Positions 22,901-36,069 of a DNA stretch of 64,000 nt are shown here, in pieces. The notes below the pieces were generated by a model. That model worked only from the letters and a program-made list of their open reading frames with translations, was not told the DNA's origin and did no database searches. Positions within the stretch are counted from its first letter, which is position 1; every line of letters begins with the position of its first letter. Origin of the DNA: Fimbriosthenelais zetlandica (taxonomy: Eukaryota); assembly GCA_977030845.1 (NCBI GenBank), contig OZ365118.1, forward strand, positions 3,162,001 to 3,226,000. Reading direction: 5' to 3'. Position numbers and translations under genes: made by a program.

Positions 22901-25900
22901 CACTGCCTCATATGCACAGATGGAACCAAACATCTTGGATGAGCCTTCTAATTGAAGCTCCACTCATTTGGCTTTTCTACGTCAGAATTGATTACCATCA
23001 CCCTTTGTTCTGTGCATTCTGAAGGCTCGGGGATGCCCAAACTTAATTAACTCCTCTAAAGTTGATTTGAAGGGGTGAATTTTATTGATAACATTATTTG
23101 CCTCAAGACATCAGAAGACCTAGATGTTTTGGGTTTGGTCTCAACAGCCATGTCAATTTGACAATTGATTTCAGATTGCTTTAATTGGATAGCTGGAAAA
23201 TTCCCAGTGGTTAAAAATTAACGGGAAATATTAGAATGTTGATCTGATGTACATGTCAATACTGCGGTTATATGACCATTGGTTGTTTAATATTTGAAGT
23301 GTTGTCTGGGTCAGAGCTGGGGGGGGGGGCTGGGGTAGTGGAGGATTGGACATATACCTGTGTAGAGAAAGGTCTGAACGGAAATCCAGCTGATCCTCCC
23401 CTCACCTGCTTCCACCTCCATTAATGACAGACCTGACCAGCCGAGACCCCACCTCCACTATCCTCCCTCATCTCAACGCTGACATTTCATTTTTAAACCC
23501 CGGACACACTCATCCGATCTCCCTACTAACACCAATTCCCAACCAACATACACATCAATGAAGGCCTCATTCCAAGGTAAATTCTCCCCGCTGCCTTATT
23601 TGATTCAGAAACCCATGATAAATTGAATGTTGGTTTGATATATTTTGGGTTGCCTCCTCTAAATGGATGGAGTATTGGAGGGAGTGGCCGCGGGGTTTAC
23701 ATTGATGGGTAGGGTGGCCATCAAATCCCACGCTGACCCTTGAAGCGTCTCCCGCCGCCTCTCCTCCTCCCCAGTCTCATCTCACCATTCTACCTGGGCT
23801 GTTACCTCGTCCTGGCACAGGATGAGCATCCCGCCCAGCACCATAGAGAAAACCATGCAAAATTAATGTTTTCATTAAACACGCTTGTAGCGAACGTCAC
23901 TCATTATCGCCAAGCCACCCCACTCTGACCCGGGAGGAACCCTAATCGTTGTGTCAGTCTTCAGCCTAGGATGCATTTGTCTGCCGGGGGCAATGACAGG
24001 CGGTGCGAAGATGGTATACCGGTATCTGCGCCAGCTAATTATAACTGGCCCGGGAATGTATGTGTGATTAAATGCTCAATCACCGTGATTTGTGTTGCTC
24101 AACCTGCTAGTAATCCGGCCCGTGACAGGAAGCCATTGTGAAGCCATCGGGAGTGGCTTCTTTTGGCTGTTCACATGCTAGTGAAACATTAATATTTTTC
24201 ATATTTTCATGGTAGGCTGTACCATGGCGCTGACGATAGTCAGGTTCCTGCTCCAGCCGAGCTGCTCCCCACGCATGCGCATGAGCGATAATCTAGATGA
24301 TGGGTTAGGTTTCAATGTTCTCGTTTTATGACGGGATTCCATGGAAACTCAAAACTGGGTTGTGGTAAGCCTTCAACCGTCTCTGACCCATTTCCATTAA
24401 ATGTGACAAAATGAGGGAACACCCTAAGGTGCCCTCCATACTGAATGCTGGTACACACTTACCATGATAAAAACATGAAACTTCCATCTTAACTAAAGAA
24501 AGCTATCAGGGTTTGTCAATCCAACCACACCCCAAGAAAGAGTCTTTCAATGAAATAACCCTCCCCTAATAAGGGCCTGGGTGAAGGGAGAGGATTCTAA
24601 TTAAGATAGGCCCTTAAGAGGAAACAGGGGCAGGGGGTGACTGAACAGCCCTATGCCTACCTCACACCCGTTGCCTATACATTTATTTTTTATTTCAAAT
24701 TCAGCTCAGCGACGTCTTGCCTTGATTGGGTTAGATTCTTTAATTTTGATTAGATCGGAATGTAGTTGATCTTCAAGGTTTAAAAGCTGGCATTGATGTA
24801 TTTTTAACAAGAAAAACTCCACTGTTCCTTGTCACTTGGGATTGTAGTGAAACCTCAGACGTGCTTCACACTTGTTTTATTATTATTTTTTAAGCTCTCA
24901 TTAGTGTATGATGACTCCCCTCACTTTTAAAACACATTTTGTATTTATTTTTACTATTATTTTCCACTTTGACAGGGTTATAGTCAGCAAACTAGTTATT
25001 AGAGTGACACTGATATCCTTGGTCAAATAACAAAATCAATGCGCCATAATTGTTAATATTGACTTTTTGCGTAACCTTGGTATCCGAACACTCCACAATC
25101 CCAATGAAATCTCAAAGAGAGTTGAGAGTGGCACTTAAATAAAGAAAGAGTGAGTTGTGTTTCCAACAGCGACATGCCATTAGCTAAAATGGACGTCTGA
25201 CCTTGCCTATCATTAGGCACGGCAACACTCCGGCAATGTGACATTGCCAAACCACAGCGGCAAGTTGCTCAAGTTTTACAACACTTCAAATGAGTATTTT
25301 ACCAAACGATCCAACAAAACTCAGATTTCCTCCCAAAATTGCTGTTGCTTTTTTCACCTTTCCCCAGAATGGAAGCGATCCCTGGCGTGCTGCTATGCGG
25401 CTAATCCATTAGCGCTGCCAGGTTTTATGAAATCCCATTCGGTGTGAGAAAATAGAAAGCAGTCCAAGATAACACCATCGCTCCTCTCTCTGTCTTTTTC
25501 TCCTCTTATTATGATTTGGAGCAGAAAAGCTGAATCAAAGAGATCATTGGATTTGCTTACACAATGCCTGTTTTGTTGTCATGACAATGGCATGATCTCT
25601 ACCGAAGAAAAAGTCCTGATAAGGGGGAACTAGGGTGTGGCCCCTTTATACAAACCTTGTGGAAAAAAAAATCCAAAACTTAGAGCAACTTTAGTAATGC
25701 TTTGTTTATGTGCAGGGATGTACGTATTCAGGTATGTCTTGCACTCTAAAACTAAGGGCGTTAGTAGACCCCTTTGTTATAAAATCCAGAGAAATTCAGA
25801 CCACATTTATAAAGAGATGGAAATGTCGTGAATGATCTTACAAAAAGTAAGCCCTGAGGCATTCCCTGCTCCCAGGGGGAACGGTGCCATCTCCCTACCA

Positions 25901-26969
25901 GATGAAACGTGGATGGGGGAGGAGGATAATGGGAAAAAAGGGAAGAATGTGTCAAAGTTTTGGCATAAAAGAGTAAATGTGCCTGAAAAAAACTTTGTTA
26001 TTGCACAGGCCATAATGGTAGGTCGTAATAGAGAAAACCGTACACACAGAATTAAAATGAATCCTTGGGAAGGATAAATGTAGAAAATATCATTTTTAAA
26101 GTATGATATTTTTGTATGACATGTAAGTTACTGCCTTCTCAAAATGCGAGCATAGATGAGAGTACAAAACCCAAAGCTGATTTCTACAGTAAAAGAAAAC
26201 TCCACTGAAAATCATGAGATGATTGGTATAGAAATGAATATTGAACTGGGTGTATAATGATCGAGTGTATAGAGGTTATATTAGTTAAAGATGGTCTAAC
26301 TCTAGCCTAGTCATACTCAATTAAACACAGCATCGATAAGACCATATAAAACACACCCTTTATATCCTCCTAGCGCCTCTTTCCAGAGAAGCAAATTAGT
26401 CCATCTCAATATTTAAAGGGATTTATTGCTGAAACTTTTCAATATTTCATGTTCTCGGGGAAGATGGTCGATTTTCTTTCTCAGGAGATTGTACACCTGG
26501 GATGGCAGGAGTGACAAATAGAATGAGGACTTCACGGGTGAGCCTCATACCGCCTTACAACCATCAAAAGCTGCCTGTCACAACCCATTCTACTGACGAG
26601 ACTGGTCACAATGTCTGACAGACCCTCCCCACCACCATCTCCCCACTGTATGGGGTACCTCCATTTGATTGTATGCCTTGCGAGTGTTGTAGCTAGTTCT
26701 TGCGGCTGACTTTTCTATGGCAGACGCGACACTTGTGGATGCTGTGTTTTTTGCTTCCACTCCATTGTATCATTGTGAGATAATGTCTTGCGAGTCTTGA
26801 GGTTGCCTTGCGAATCGGTTGTTGCGAGCATATATATAGAAACATCCTCTCGCCTGTTCAAGTAGATAATCGCAGTAAAAAATTACCCTATCTTCAAGGG
26901 CTAAAATCCAGTGGAGCCCCCCCCCCCCATACCTCACTACAGCGATTGAAGATTCTGTGTTTTTTTCAG

Positions 26970-27223
26970 TCCCGCCCCGCCCTACATTCCCCATTCACGA
27001 CTTTATCCTGACGATTTATAAGGATTTACGGTCGACATTTGGAGCTGGCTTCCTGGGAGAGGAGACATGGCTTCCCTCCACTGTGGGGAAGCCAGCCTGG
27101 AAGCCGCTTCAAGTGGAGCGCGAGCTGGTCTATGTTTTATTGGGCGGTGGAGTCTTTCATTATGAATTAGAGCATGATGAGGCCGGGCTAAGTGTAAACA
27201 AGGCTGTAATGAGAATCATATAG
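26970..27223 (+). CDS. Candidate terminal coding exon, unknown product (about 84 aa)
   Basis: Good acceptor (TGTGTTTTTTTCAG|), open frame to TAG at 27221-23, GC3-rich codons. No recognisable domain and no partner exons found. Confidence 0.15.
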
Positions 27224-29339
27224 CCATGACCCGCCATAGGTAATCCTCGCCAAACAACCAGCCATGTCTGTGTGGCTTAAAAAGGTCCCAGCTCACCCTG
27301 AAAGTCAGTCCCAAGCTGGAGGCGTGCGCTCTTAATATTCTAAAACGCCTTGAGACGCTCCTGTCTGACATTAAATGGACATGTCCTAATGCTTGGAACA
27401 GACTGAGGTTGCTCTGTGATACCTCAATGAGGCAGCATTAAGAGAACATAGAGCTCACTGTCACAATGAAATGTTTAAAGTGAGGATAAACCCCTTTAAA
27501 CAAACAGTAAAAAAACAGAGCATAGGGCTCACTGTCACAAGTAGGCAGCGCCATGATATAACTGAACATTTACAAAGAAACAAACAAACACACAAACAAA
27601 CTCGGGAGGAGACATGACGCACGCCTGCCGTGTGTGCGCCCCTCAGCCAGGAGACGCCGAGCCTCCTGAGTGTGCACCACTGTCTTCCTCAAATTGGAAT
27701 CAATGGCCGTCATTTATTATTGATGGAAATCATTATGGCTCGGCTTGATAATTTTAGAGGACGATAAGGCCATTATTTTCCGACACTTCCCCTCCTTCCC
27801 GGTCTCACAGCGCCTACCTGGAAACTAATGCATTATCAATTTAGATGCTTCATAATCCTGTCCCTCTTTGATCTTAATGCTGCGGGATTGTCCATATATT
27901 GGGCCCTTCATCCTTCCATACATCATTCCTTCCATATCGCACTTATTCACACGCCTTCTTATTGAGTCTTGGAAAACTTCACCTTCCATTTTTAGTGATT
28001 TAAGTCTTGAAACTATTGGAAAGGTAAGAAACAAACAGGACTGTCCGAGAAAGAAAACTTGACGATGTTTTCATTTTAACTGAGGAGCTGGAGAAAAAGG
28101 TCTAACATTGGACATGGTTTTGAGAATAAAAGCGGGCCGTGTGAGGCTGTTTTATTCTGGACAGGAAGAGCTATCAGCTGCAGGCAGGCCAAGATTTCCA
28201 ATCTTGTTTTGAGCGTCTGAGACAAACAGCTTGATCCGGGGCCTGATAAGGCAGTTTATCCCCACCAATAAGAAAGCCCGTTTCAGATCCTGTTGTTATG
28301 GACTGTGGCAGTACCATGGCAAAGATTGAGAAGGCTTTTGTTTCATAAAAACACTTGATAAATGAATCCCTATTTCTCCTGGTCAATACTCCTAAGACAA
28401 TATATACGTCTTCCATACAAGTAAAAACTCAATATTGTAGGTTTTTCTGTTTAGAATCTCTAGGCATATTTTGTATCTAGAAAAGGAGACTTGGTGTGTA
28501 TTTTCAACCCATGCATGTATTCATGGCATTCAAGGATCAACCGTTGATCACATAGTTGGCCTGAGTATTGGGGGTGCGGTGATGGGGGGTGGGGTATGAG
28601 GGAGGGATTGAAGGGGCGGGGGTGATTGAGGGAGGGTTTTATGTTTGAGGGAGGGATTGGAGGGGTTTTATGGCTGAGGGAGGGATTGAGGGCTGAAGAT
28701 GGTGCCTGAAGACACCGGTCCATAGATTAGAGCCTGATCCTGCCCCGTGATTTCCACCCAGGCCCCCAGATGGCTCCAAATGGCCGATCATCCCGCCATA
28801 ATGTCAGCTCAGCCCCACGTGTGTGCATGCCCGCACTGAGTAACCTCAGACATGCCGTATATTTATGCATGACAGCAGCGTCTGCTGAAGGCCTTTACAT
28901 GTCATAGAGGTGTGGTATAAAACATGACAGACAACCCCCACTGGACGGGCCATTCACCACGTGCCAAACACTGTCACTGTCACTGTGAGAGCTAGCCAGC
29001 GTCAATAGCTTTATACACCTGATGAATGGAGTCTGTTTAAATCATCAAAGTGGAGGCTTTACCTTTGACAATCATCAAACTACTGATGATCTAGTACCCC
29101 CAGCTCCCTCGTTAATCCGAACACACCTTATATTACAGACTTTATGACCTGGGTAATATCCCGCGGTAATATCCGTGGCTTTTTCCTGTAGAAGAAAGGC
29201 CTTGATTTTACTGGCATAAGGTTTGTATAGAGACAGGGTGCACCATGCCATGATATCGCCTCAGGTGTCACAGTGAGTACACCTGATCACACACCTGAGG
29301 TAGTGTGACTAACTTGTGTGTCTATTAAAGCAGGCATAG

Positions 29340-29409
29340 TGACCCCACATTGACCTGGACAGAGGTCTCTCACTGCATTGTAAGCCCTAATCTGACCCCA
29401 CATTGACCT
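29340..29409 (-). promoter_or_regulatory. Two DR5 elements (RARE-type)
   Basis: TGACCC-cacat-TGACCT at 29340-29356 and 29393-29409 (minus strand AGGTCA-atgtg-GGGTCA). Motif match only. Confidence 0.4.
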
Positions 29410-29436
29410 ATATATTGACAGATATCTCACTGCATT
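29340..29436. repeat. About 53-bp tandem duplication carrying a DR5 element in each copy
   Basis: TGACCCCACATTGACCT...TCTCACTGCATT occurs twice (starts 29340 and 29393). Confidence 0.9.
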
Positions 29437-30279
29437 ATACTTAATCCGGCTTTGTTTCTATCCGCATCAGGGAATTTTATACTAATTTCAGCTCATATTA
29501 ATCTATTATGTTTCCATATATCTGTGGGAACACCTGCTCTGTGCTATACCGTATTATTGGTAGTGAATGATAGCCTGGAAGGATGGGAAGAATAAGGGTT
29601 GGACAGGGGAAGGATAGGAGGAGTCAAGGTTTGGACAGTGGAAGGATGGGAGGAATGATTCCTGGTAACATTTCCCCATGTCACCTTCCCCGTTGATTCA
29701 ATTGCCAGCGGTCATTACGCCATTTCATTTCCACAGGCAGTCGGAAATTGAGGGAGAATTTTAAGAAGATGATGACAGTCCATTGCTCCTGTATGGCCGA
29801 ATAAAATCATGCCATAATGATTTCCCATTAGGGATGAAAGAAAGCAGGAGGTTTATTTTGTCCAATTTTGCCAATAATGGGAGAAAATGTGTGTGTTTTA
29901 GCTGTTATGTTTGGAGATTGAAGCGTGTGTGATTGCTCTTCCCGACACGCAATGCCTTCCCCCGCGTAAAGTATCTATTTTAAACATAACTTGCAAACAA
30001 AAATTTGGCCCACATTTTGGATGTGATTAAACGATCTCATGACTGGAGACAATGACATTGAGAGCTGTGCAGGTTTGGAGACCAAGATCCCCTTATAAAC
30101 CCGTGAATGTGGGTGAATGGAAAAAAAGAGATCTAATCACATGGAATGTGGAAATAACATGCCGGGGTTGAGAAGATTCCAAATCTCCTGATGATCCATC
30201 CTTCACTTTTATACCATATTCCAATGAGTGAATGACGCAGCAATATTCACTCTCAGCCATCTTTATATTCAGAATCCAT

Positions 30280-30510
30280 TATTATTGGGATTTCTCTCTT
30301 CAATCTCTCAATCTTTTTCTCTCTATCTCGCTCACTTTTCATTGTGCCTCTCTTCAATTCTCTCCCTTTCTCTTAATCTTTCTCTCCCTGTTCTCTAGGC
30401 ACTGCTCTGCTCTCTGTCTCTGTGTCACTCTCCCTCCGTCTCTCTCTCCCTCTCCCTCCCTCTCTCACTCTCCCTCTCCCTCTCCCTCTCCCTCTCCCAT
30501 CTGCTGTGAT
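30280..30510. repeat. Polypyrimidine low-complexity tract with (CTCTCC)n
   Basis: Almost purine-free + strand; hexamer array at about 30440-30497. Confidence 0.9.
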
Positions 30511-33500
30511 GAGGTATCATCAACTTGCTCCATCTCTCCATCCCCATCATGTCATGTCCCATATTAAACTTTCATCAAATCATCTCAATATAAGTGAGAA
30601 TAGACTCTCCCTATTCCCGCCTATTGTAGGCCATGTGAGACTGTGAGAGCTCCAAATCAGGGAGGTAGATCTCCCACAGTAGGTGCCTGATGGGAGAATG
30701 CTGAGTGGAGAGAGAGAAAGAGACCTCAGACATGTTATACTCAGATACTCTCTCACCCCATGACTGATATATTTACTCCTGAGATGCCAATGGACATCAT
30801 TGTAATGGTAGAAGTGCAATGCTATCCTTTTTCATAATCTATGATGCTCTAAATGCTATTTTAAAATTTAACCAGCTGCGAATCTGTCCTCCTTTCAAGA
30901 GAATGCATGATAGCTTTTCAAAGCTATAAACATGTAACTTATCATGTTTAGGTCACGAATTGGGCTCTATTCATGTCGATTGGCCAATAAAACAGGATAT
31001 AATCATTAAGACATTGACCCTGTAGAATAATAATGAGTATTCAAGACAATTTGAATCTCTTCCTACATGTCCCGCCTGACTCCTTAATGCGGGGCATAGA
31101 GGAAGGGATTGAATATTTCCCATCGTCTAATGTCAGGATGGAAATCCATTAACCCTACAACGCCGAGTCCACTCTCAATGTGGGCAGATTTTAATTGCTC
31201 GTTAAGTCTTTATATTATTATTCATCAAACAGCCAAACACACCTGGTCTTCCCACTTAAGTTTAATTTTTAATTCTCCACTATTATTCCCCTGACGCAGG
31301 CCTGTAGTGAAATATCATATAGGATGAAGATGGGAGCTTTATACCTGCAGGGCTTATTAAGATACATATGGTCTATATATGACGCCTTGAGTAGTGTACT
31401 GTTGTGAATTTAAAGGTCGTACATATTCTTCAAATCTTTCTCACCTTCCAATAATGGAAATCACAGGCCAAATCTCAGTAGTCATCACGTTCTTCGCCCA
31501 CTCTCTTTGGAGGAGAGACACATTTCTAATTATTGTCCGGTTTCTTGTAATCGAGGTGTTCATTTAGTCATCAAATTCCAAATGCAAAATCACTTAATTT
31601 TCCCCTCCTCAAATCAAGGATTCCCATTTTTGTCACGTCGCAAGAAATCACCACAGGAATCTGAGGAAGGGCTTGGTTCACGGGGAAATAATGCTGAGGA
31701 ATTAAACCCATTTTTGGGATTAATTAACAAGTAAAATATTTAATTACACTAACTAGGGGGATTTTTAAAATCATCTTCTACTCATTAGGTATTTCATAAA
31801 GCCCGGGACCTCAGTCGTCTTGCTGGGTGGAGGCAGTGTGGGAATGCTTTGTCATCTTCTACAGATAGGCCTAATCAGAAACTTGAATAACCTGCTAACC
31901 CAACATCAAATAACGCACAGCCAATATGAACACGTCAGCTCCGTGATTAATTAGAAACCTGATGAAAAACTAAAGTTTTGTTATTCATCAGAGCAAAAGC
32001 CAAACCTGCACATCTAGAATTCCCAGCTGAATCTTTTTCTAATTTTCACTTACAAAAGCACATTTGATACTGTTTAAAAGTTTTTCAAACGTGCAATACA
32101 TGTGTAAATATGTCATAATATATTTATACTACCATCTCTCCCCAGTTAATTAAATGTATTTCATGTCTTAAAACACTTATTGTAATGCAGAAATATACAT
32201 TATAGTCATTTACTATGTAGATGAGGTCTGTATTCTACCAACGTAAGTATGAAAAGTGAACGTTAATGAACGTCAAATATTTATCGCAGGGTTACTATAG
32301 AGGTTCCTCCCGTGTAAACAGATACATGTTATGTGAGTTCACATGAATAAATTGCCCGGTAACTAATCTATTCCCGCGGGGAATCCCTCATATCACGGAC
32401 AGCTTCCCGTTTGTATGAAATGATTATCCCTCCCACATGCTCTGCCTGAAGCCTAAGGAACTCCCGGCATCCCTTGGGTCTTCCTCATTTCAAAAACTGC
32501 ATAAGGTGTCTGCCAGGCAGCTCTCTTAAAAGCGGTATTATAAATTCATGGCTTTTAAGATAGGATTGTGAAAGGTTTCCTTTATATTTCTGACGTCCTC
32601 TTTCATCATTTTCATCAAGTGTTGATGTCGATGTCCTCATCTGCTCTCATTGCAGCCATGAGTGACGGAATATTCCTTCCATAATATTTTCACTTCAGAT
32701 TATTTAATATTCAATTTGAAGACTCCATCTTGTATATTCTTAGAGCTTCATCTTTTGTTAATGTCCCTTAGGGTTCTTATATGCAACAGGTGCACAAAAC
32801 TGAAATTTCATATCCAACAATTTCTTTTTAACGTAAAAATTCTATAATTGTTCTAATCAGTGGGAAAACTTAATTTGTGTGCCAATTTAAAAGAATCCAT
32901 TTCGAATAACTATGCATGTATCTGCATGCGTAGGAAGAGTATCAAAATGTATTGATAGCAACTCTCTGAAGTGCTTACCTGCACTTTAATGACCGTGTAC
33001 CACTAAGTGAGTTGGACTTGAGTGGAACTAAACTGTTAAGAAGAACTGAGAATGTCCGTGTTTGAGAAGCCTTTGAGCATGATTGGCCATTAAAGACAAA
33101 AATTGAAAGTTGGGTCCGGAGTAGTGCATGCATGCAGGCAATGGTAATGAATTGAGACTTGTGGATGGCCATGGTTGTAAGGGAGTGCAGGTTTTATGTG
33201 GAGACGTGCATGCATGGCCTCATGCTAGTCATTTACAAGTACCCGTTAAGGTATTAGTGAGGAGGGTTCCACCACCCCTGGCCTTTTACATGGTCTCTTA
33301 CACGAAACATGTCATGATGATCTTAGTTGTATTAATGCCAGTCATTTATTGGCTGTCCCATCATTGGCAGTCCCATCATTGGCTTCAGTCATTCATTGGC
33401 CTCCCATCTTTGGCTTTCATTATTATGTGAATTCATTTGAAACTGAAAAGAACTGTCAATGAAATATAACTATGGTCCTTCAGAAAAGACATTTCATTGT

Positions 33501-33790
33501 ATGCATAATGGTGTATTCTTGTGATCTTACAATACAATCTTGTACAATAATTTAGTACGGGAGGTCAGGCTTAAGTCCACAAAGGACACTGTTCTACACC
33601 ACCTCTCCTGCTATTTGCTTCCATGCCGTGAGCTGACTTAGAAACCTAGCCCTGACCATTACACTCACATCAATCTCTCCCTTTATGTCATAATTCAGTT
33701 GGTTTTCACCTTCATTACGCCTCTCCGCTGGCTGCTACTGTGGTCTACCTGTGTGCACGCAAGCACGACTCCCCAGCCCCGCCGGACCCC

Positions 33791-33983
33791 ATGTTTAAAC
33801 ATGGCGTTATTCACCACCACAGAATAGCTTCCTTCCACACCAAATACACTTACTACATCAAAGTTGTTTTTTCTATATTCTGGCTGTTTTTATCCGCCTT
33901 TTCTGCCGCCCGTCGTGTTTGTGGGTTGGTGGAGTATAAGTGCTGGCCTATGTCGGACCACTTAACCACGGAAGTGGACAGAG
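33791..33983 (+). CDS. Candidate first coding exon with hydrophobic segment, unknown product
   Basis: ATG at 33791; encodes KVVFSIFWLFLSAFSAA (signal- or TM-like); ends at a phase-1 donor-like AGAG|GTAACG. No downstream exon found. Confidence 0.12.
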
Positions 33984-35917
33984 GTAACGTCGTTTGTTAG
34001 TTGTTACATTTTCTTTCTGACTATAAATGAGCAAACATTGGTAAACCGGTCAGGATTTCCACAGAATGTTAAGTCCTGTCACTTCAACTCTGATTCCCGA
34101 TCAACAGGTGAACATGTGGACCAAATGATTCCAGACTTAACAGGTTTCCATATTGGCTTCGTCAAAAACACTGGGGGTTCTTTCTTAAAACAAGAAATAC
34201 CACAAATAAGTATATAGGTTTATCCTTGCCGAAGGGGGAATATTGTTTGTGAAATAGCCCCTTGAGTTCTACTAAAGTAGGATACCTATAGGCGATGGTT
34301 ATTATAATGTCAGAAGTAATTCAGCTCACTTTCTGTTTTTCCATGTTTTCCATGGATGTTTTCGCGATTTGTTTCTGATATAATTTAATAGCGGAATAAT
34401 TTGTTTCCGGAATAGGATGAGAATCGGTAAGAAAAGTTCTTAGCAACTAATGTTAGTCATTTGATGCTCGGGGCCCATCCTATAATCTTTTTTCATCTCT
34501 TATAAAATACGCCCTTGGTTTTATTTACACGTGCCTGAAGTTCCTGAAATTCCAAATTTAGAGAAAAAGAATATGCTTGATCTTTGAGAAATGTTTGCTG
34601 AGCCCCACCCAAGGCTAAAGTACTGATAGAATGGAAAGTTTTAAAAAGCTACTCTGCGTTAGTTGTATTTATACTTAATCAGTTTCTAAATATTAATTAG
34701 TATTAAAGTAATTGTTTGAAGCTTTGTATAAAGCTTGGTTTGGCTTGAATCGAGGTGAGATAGACATTTTCTGGAGTTATGCTTTCTTAATTTTAGATTT
34801 ATGCCCCAGAAAAATCTCTACCTTTTATTAGGCTTTGATTAAGATGCGTCCTCCCACTTCGAGGAATCTTAATTCCCCAAGATGAAATATTGCATTGATT
34901 GACACAAATTCAGTGCATGACATTATTATTCATGATTTCATCTTTACGGCAGATTATCACACAATTGCCCACTAAGCCTGGTTGATTTCAATGGTAGAAA
35001 TCCTCATTGTAATGACTATAGTCATTGTAAATGGCCATGGTTAGGGAGATGATAATATCAATACGATCCCCGGTAAAGCTCAACTGTTGGTGGTGAATGG
35101 GGAGGGAGTGTTGTTTGGATTAGACTTCAGGTCCATGCCGGCGTCTGAAATCTCATCTGGGTTTGGCTAATGTGTTCACACTGAATCCTCATGCAAATGC
35201 AACTACCGGCTAATCCCCCCGTCTCACGAACACCTCCCAGCTTCCTTTTATTTCACAAAACCCACGATTTGCAGCAGAAGCAGCGGCTCAAGCTACCCAC
35301 CCTGTCAGGACATCCCACAAAAGTATGTCCTTATCCAATTACTACTAGATTTTAGTGCAACAGTTTGATACATATATATTTCTAGAACCCTCCCCCCCCC
35401 CCAAAAAAAAAAAAAACCAAAAAAAAACCCAAACAAACAATAACAAAAACAGAAATAAAAATGGCCAGGCGTCAATTGATACCTTGCATGATGATTTTGA
35501 TGTTAAGTTGACATGAGACCTGTATGCTGTAGGACACGCCCAACATGTGCTCCTCTGTCGTACATGTAGTTTCTCAACTTCTTCACATGCCCACTGAATG
35601 GCACGTGCAATGCCTTATTTGTAGCCTGAGCATCTTGAAGAGTTTCACCTTTCACGAAACTCTCTCCAATATGTCAGCCTTCCTGCTAAAATGTCATCCT
35701 CATCGCTTCATGAGGCTGAGCGCCGCCTGGTGGTGGGTGAATGTACAGCCTGCCACATGGTGAGTGGCCGACATATGCCTGGCCTTTACCTCACCCAGCC
35801 TGCTAAATGGTAGCTACATCATACACGTGTTTGACACCCACTGCATGTCTCACCAACCCCGAGCACTAATCAAATTAACTTAATGTGAAATATGTCCAAT
35901 GGTGTAAGAGCCGTTGT

Positions 35918-36069
35918 ATAATCCCACGAACACTCGCGAGTCGTGATTTTCAAGCGAGCAGCTTGTAGAATCTGGCGCGGATGTATGTGGGATGTTTTCA
36001 AATGCTCGCCAGATTATGCAATATGTACACACTTGGAAAAATATGTTTCGCGAGTGTTCGTGGGATTAT
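35918..36069. mobile_element. About 152-bp foldback/MITE
   Basis: Perfect 22-bp inverted repeat ATAATCCCACGAACACTCGCGA (35918-35939) / TCGCGAGTGTTCGTGGGATTAT (36048-36069), plus an inner inverted pair AATCTGGCG / CGCCAGATT. True ends may extend about 15 bp further out. Confidence 0.75.
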
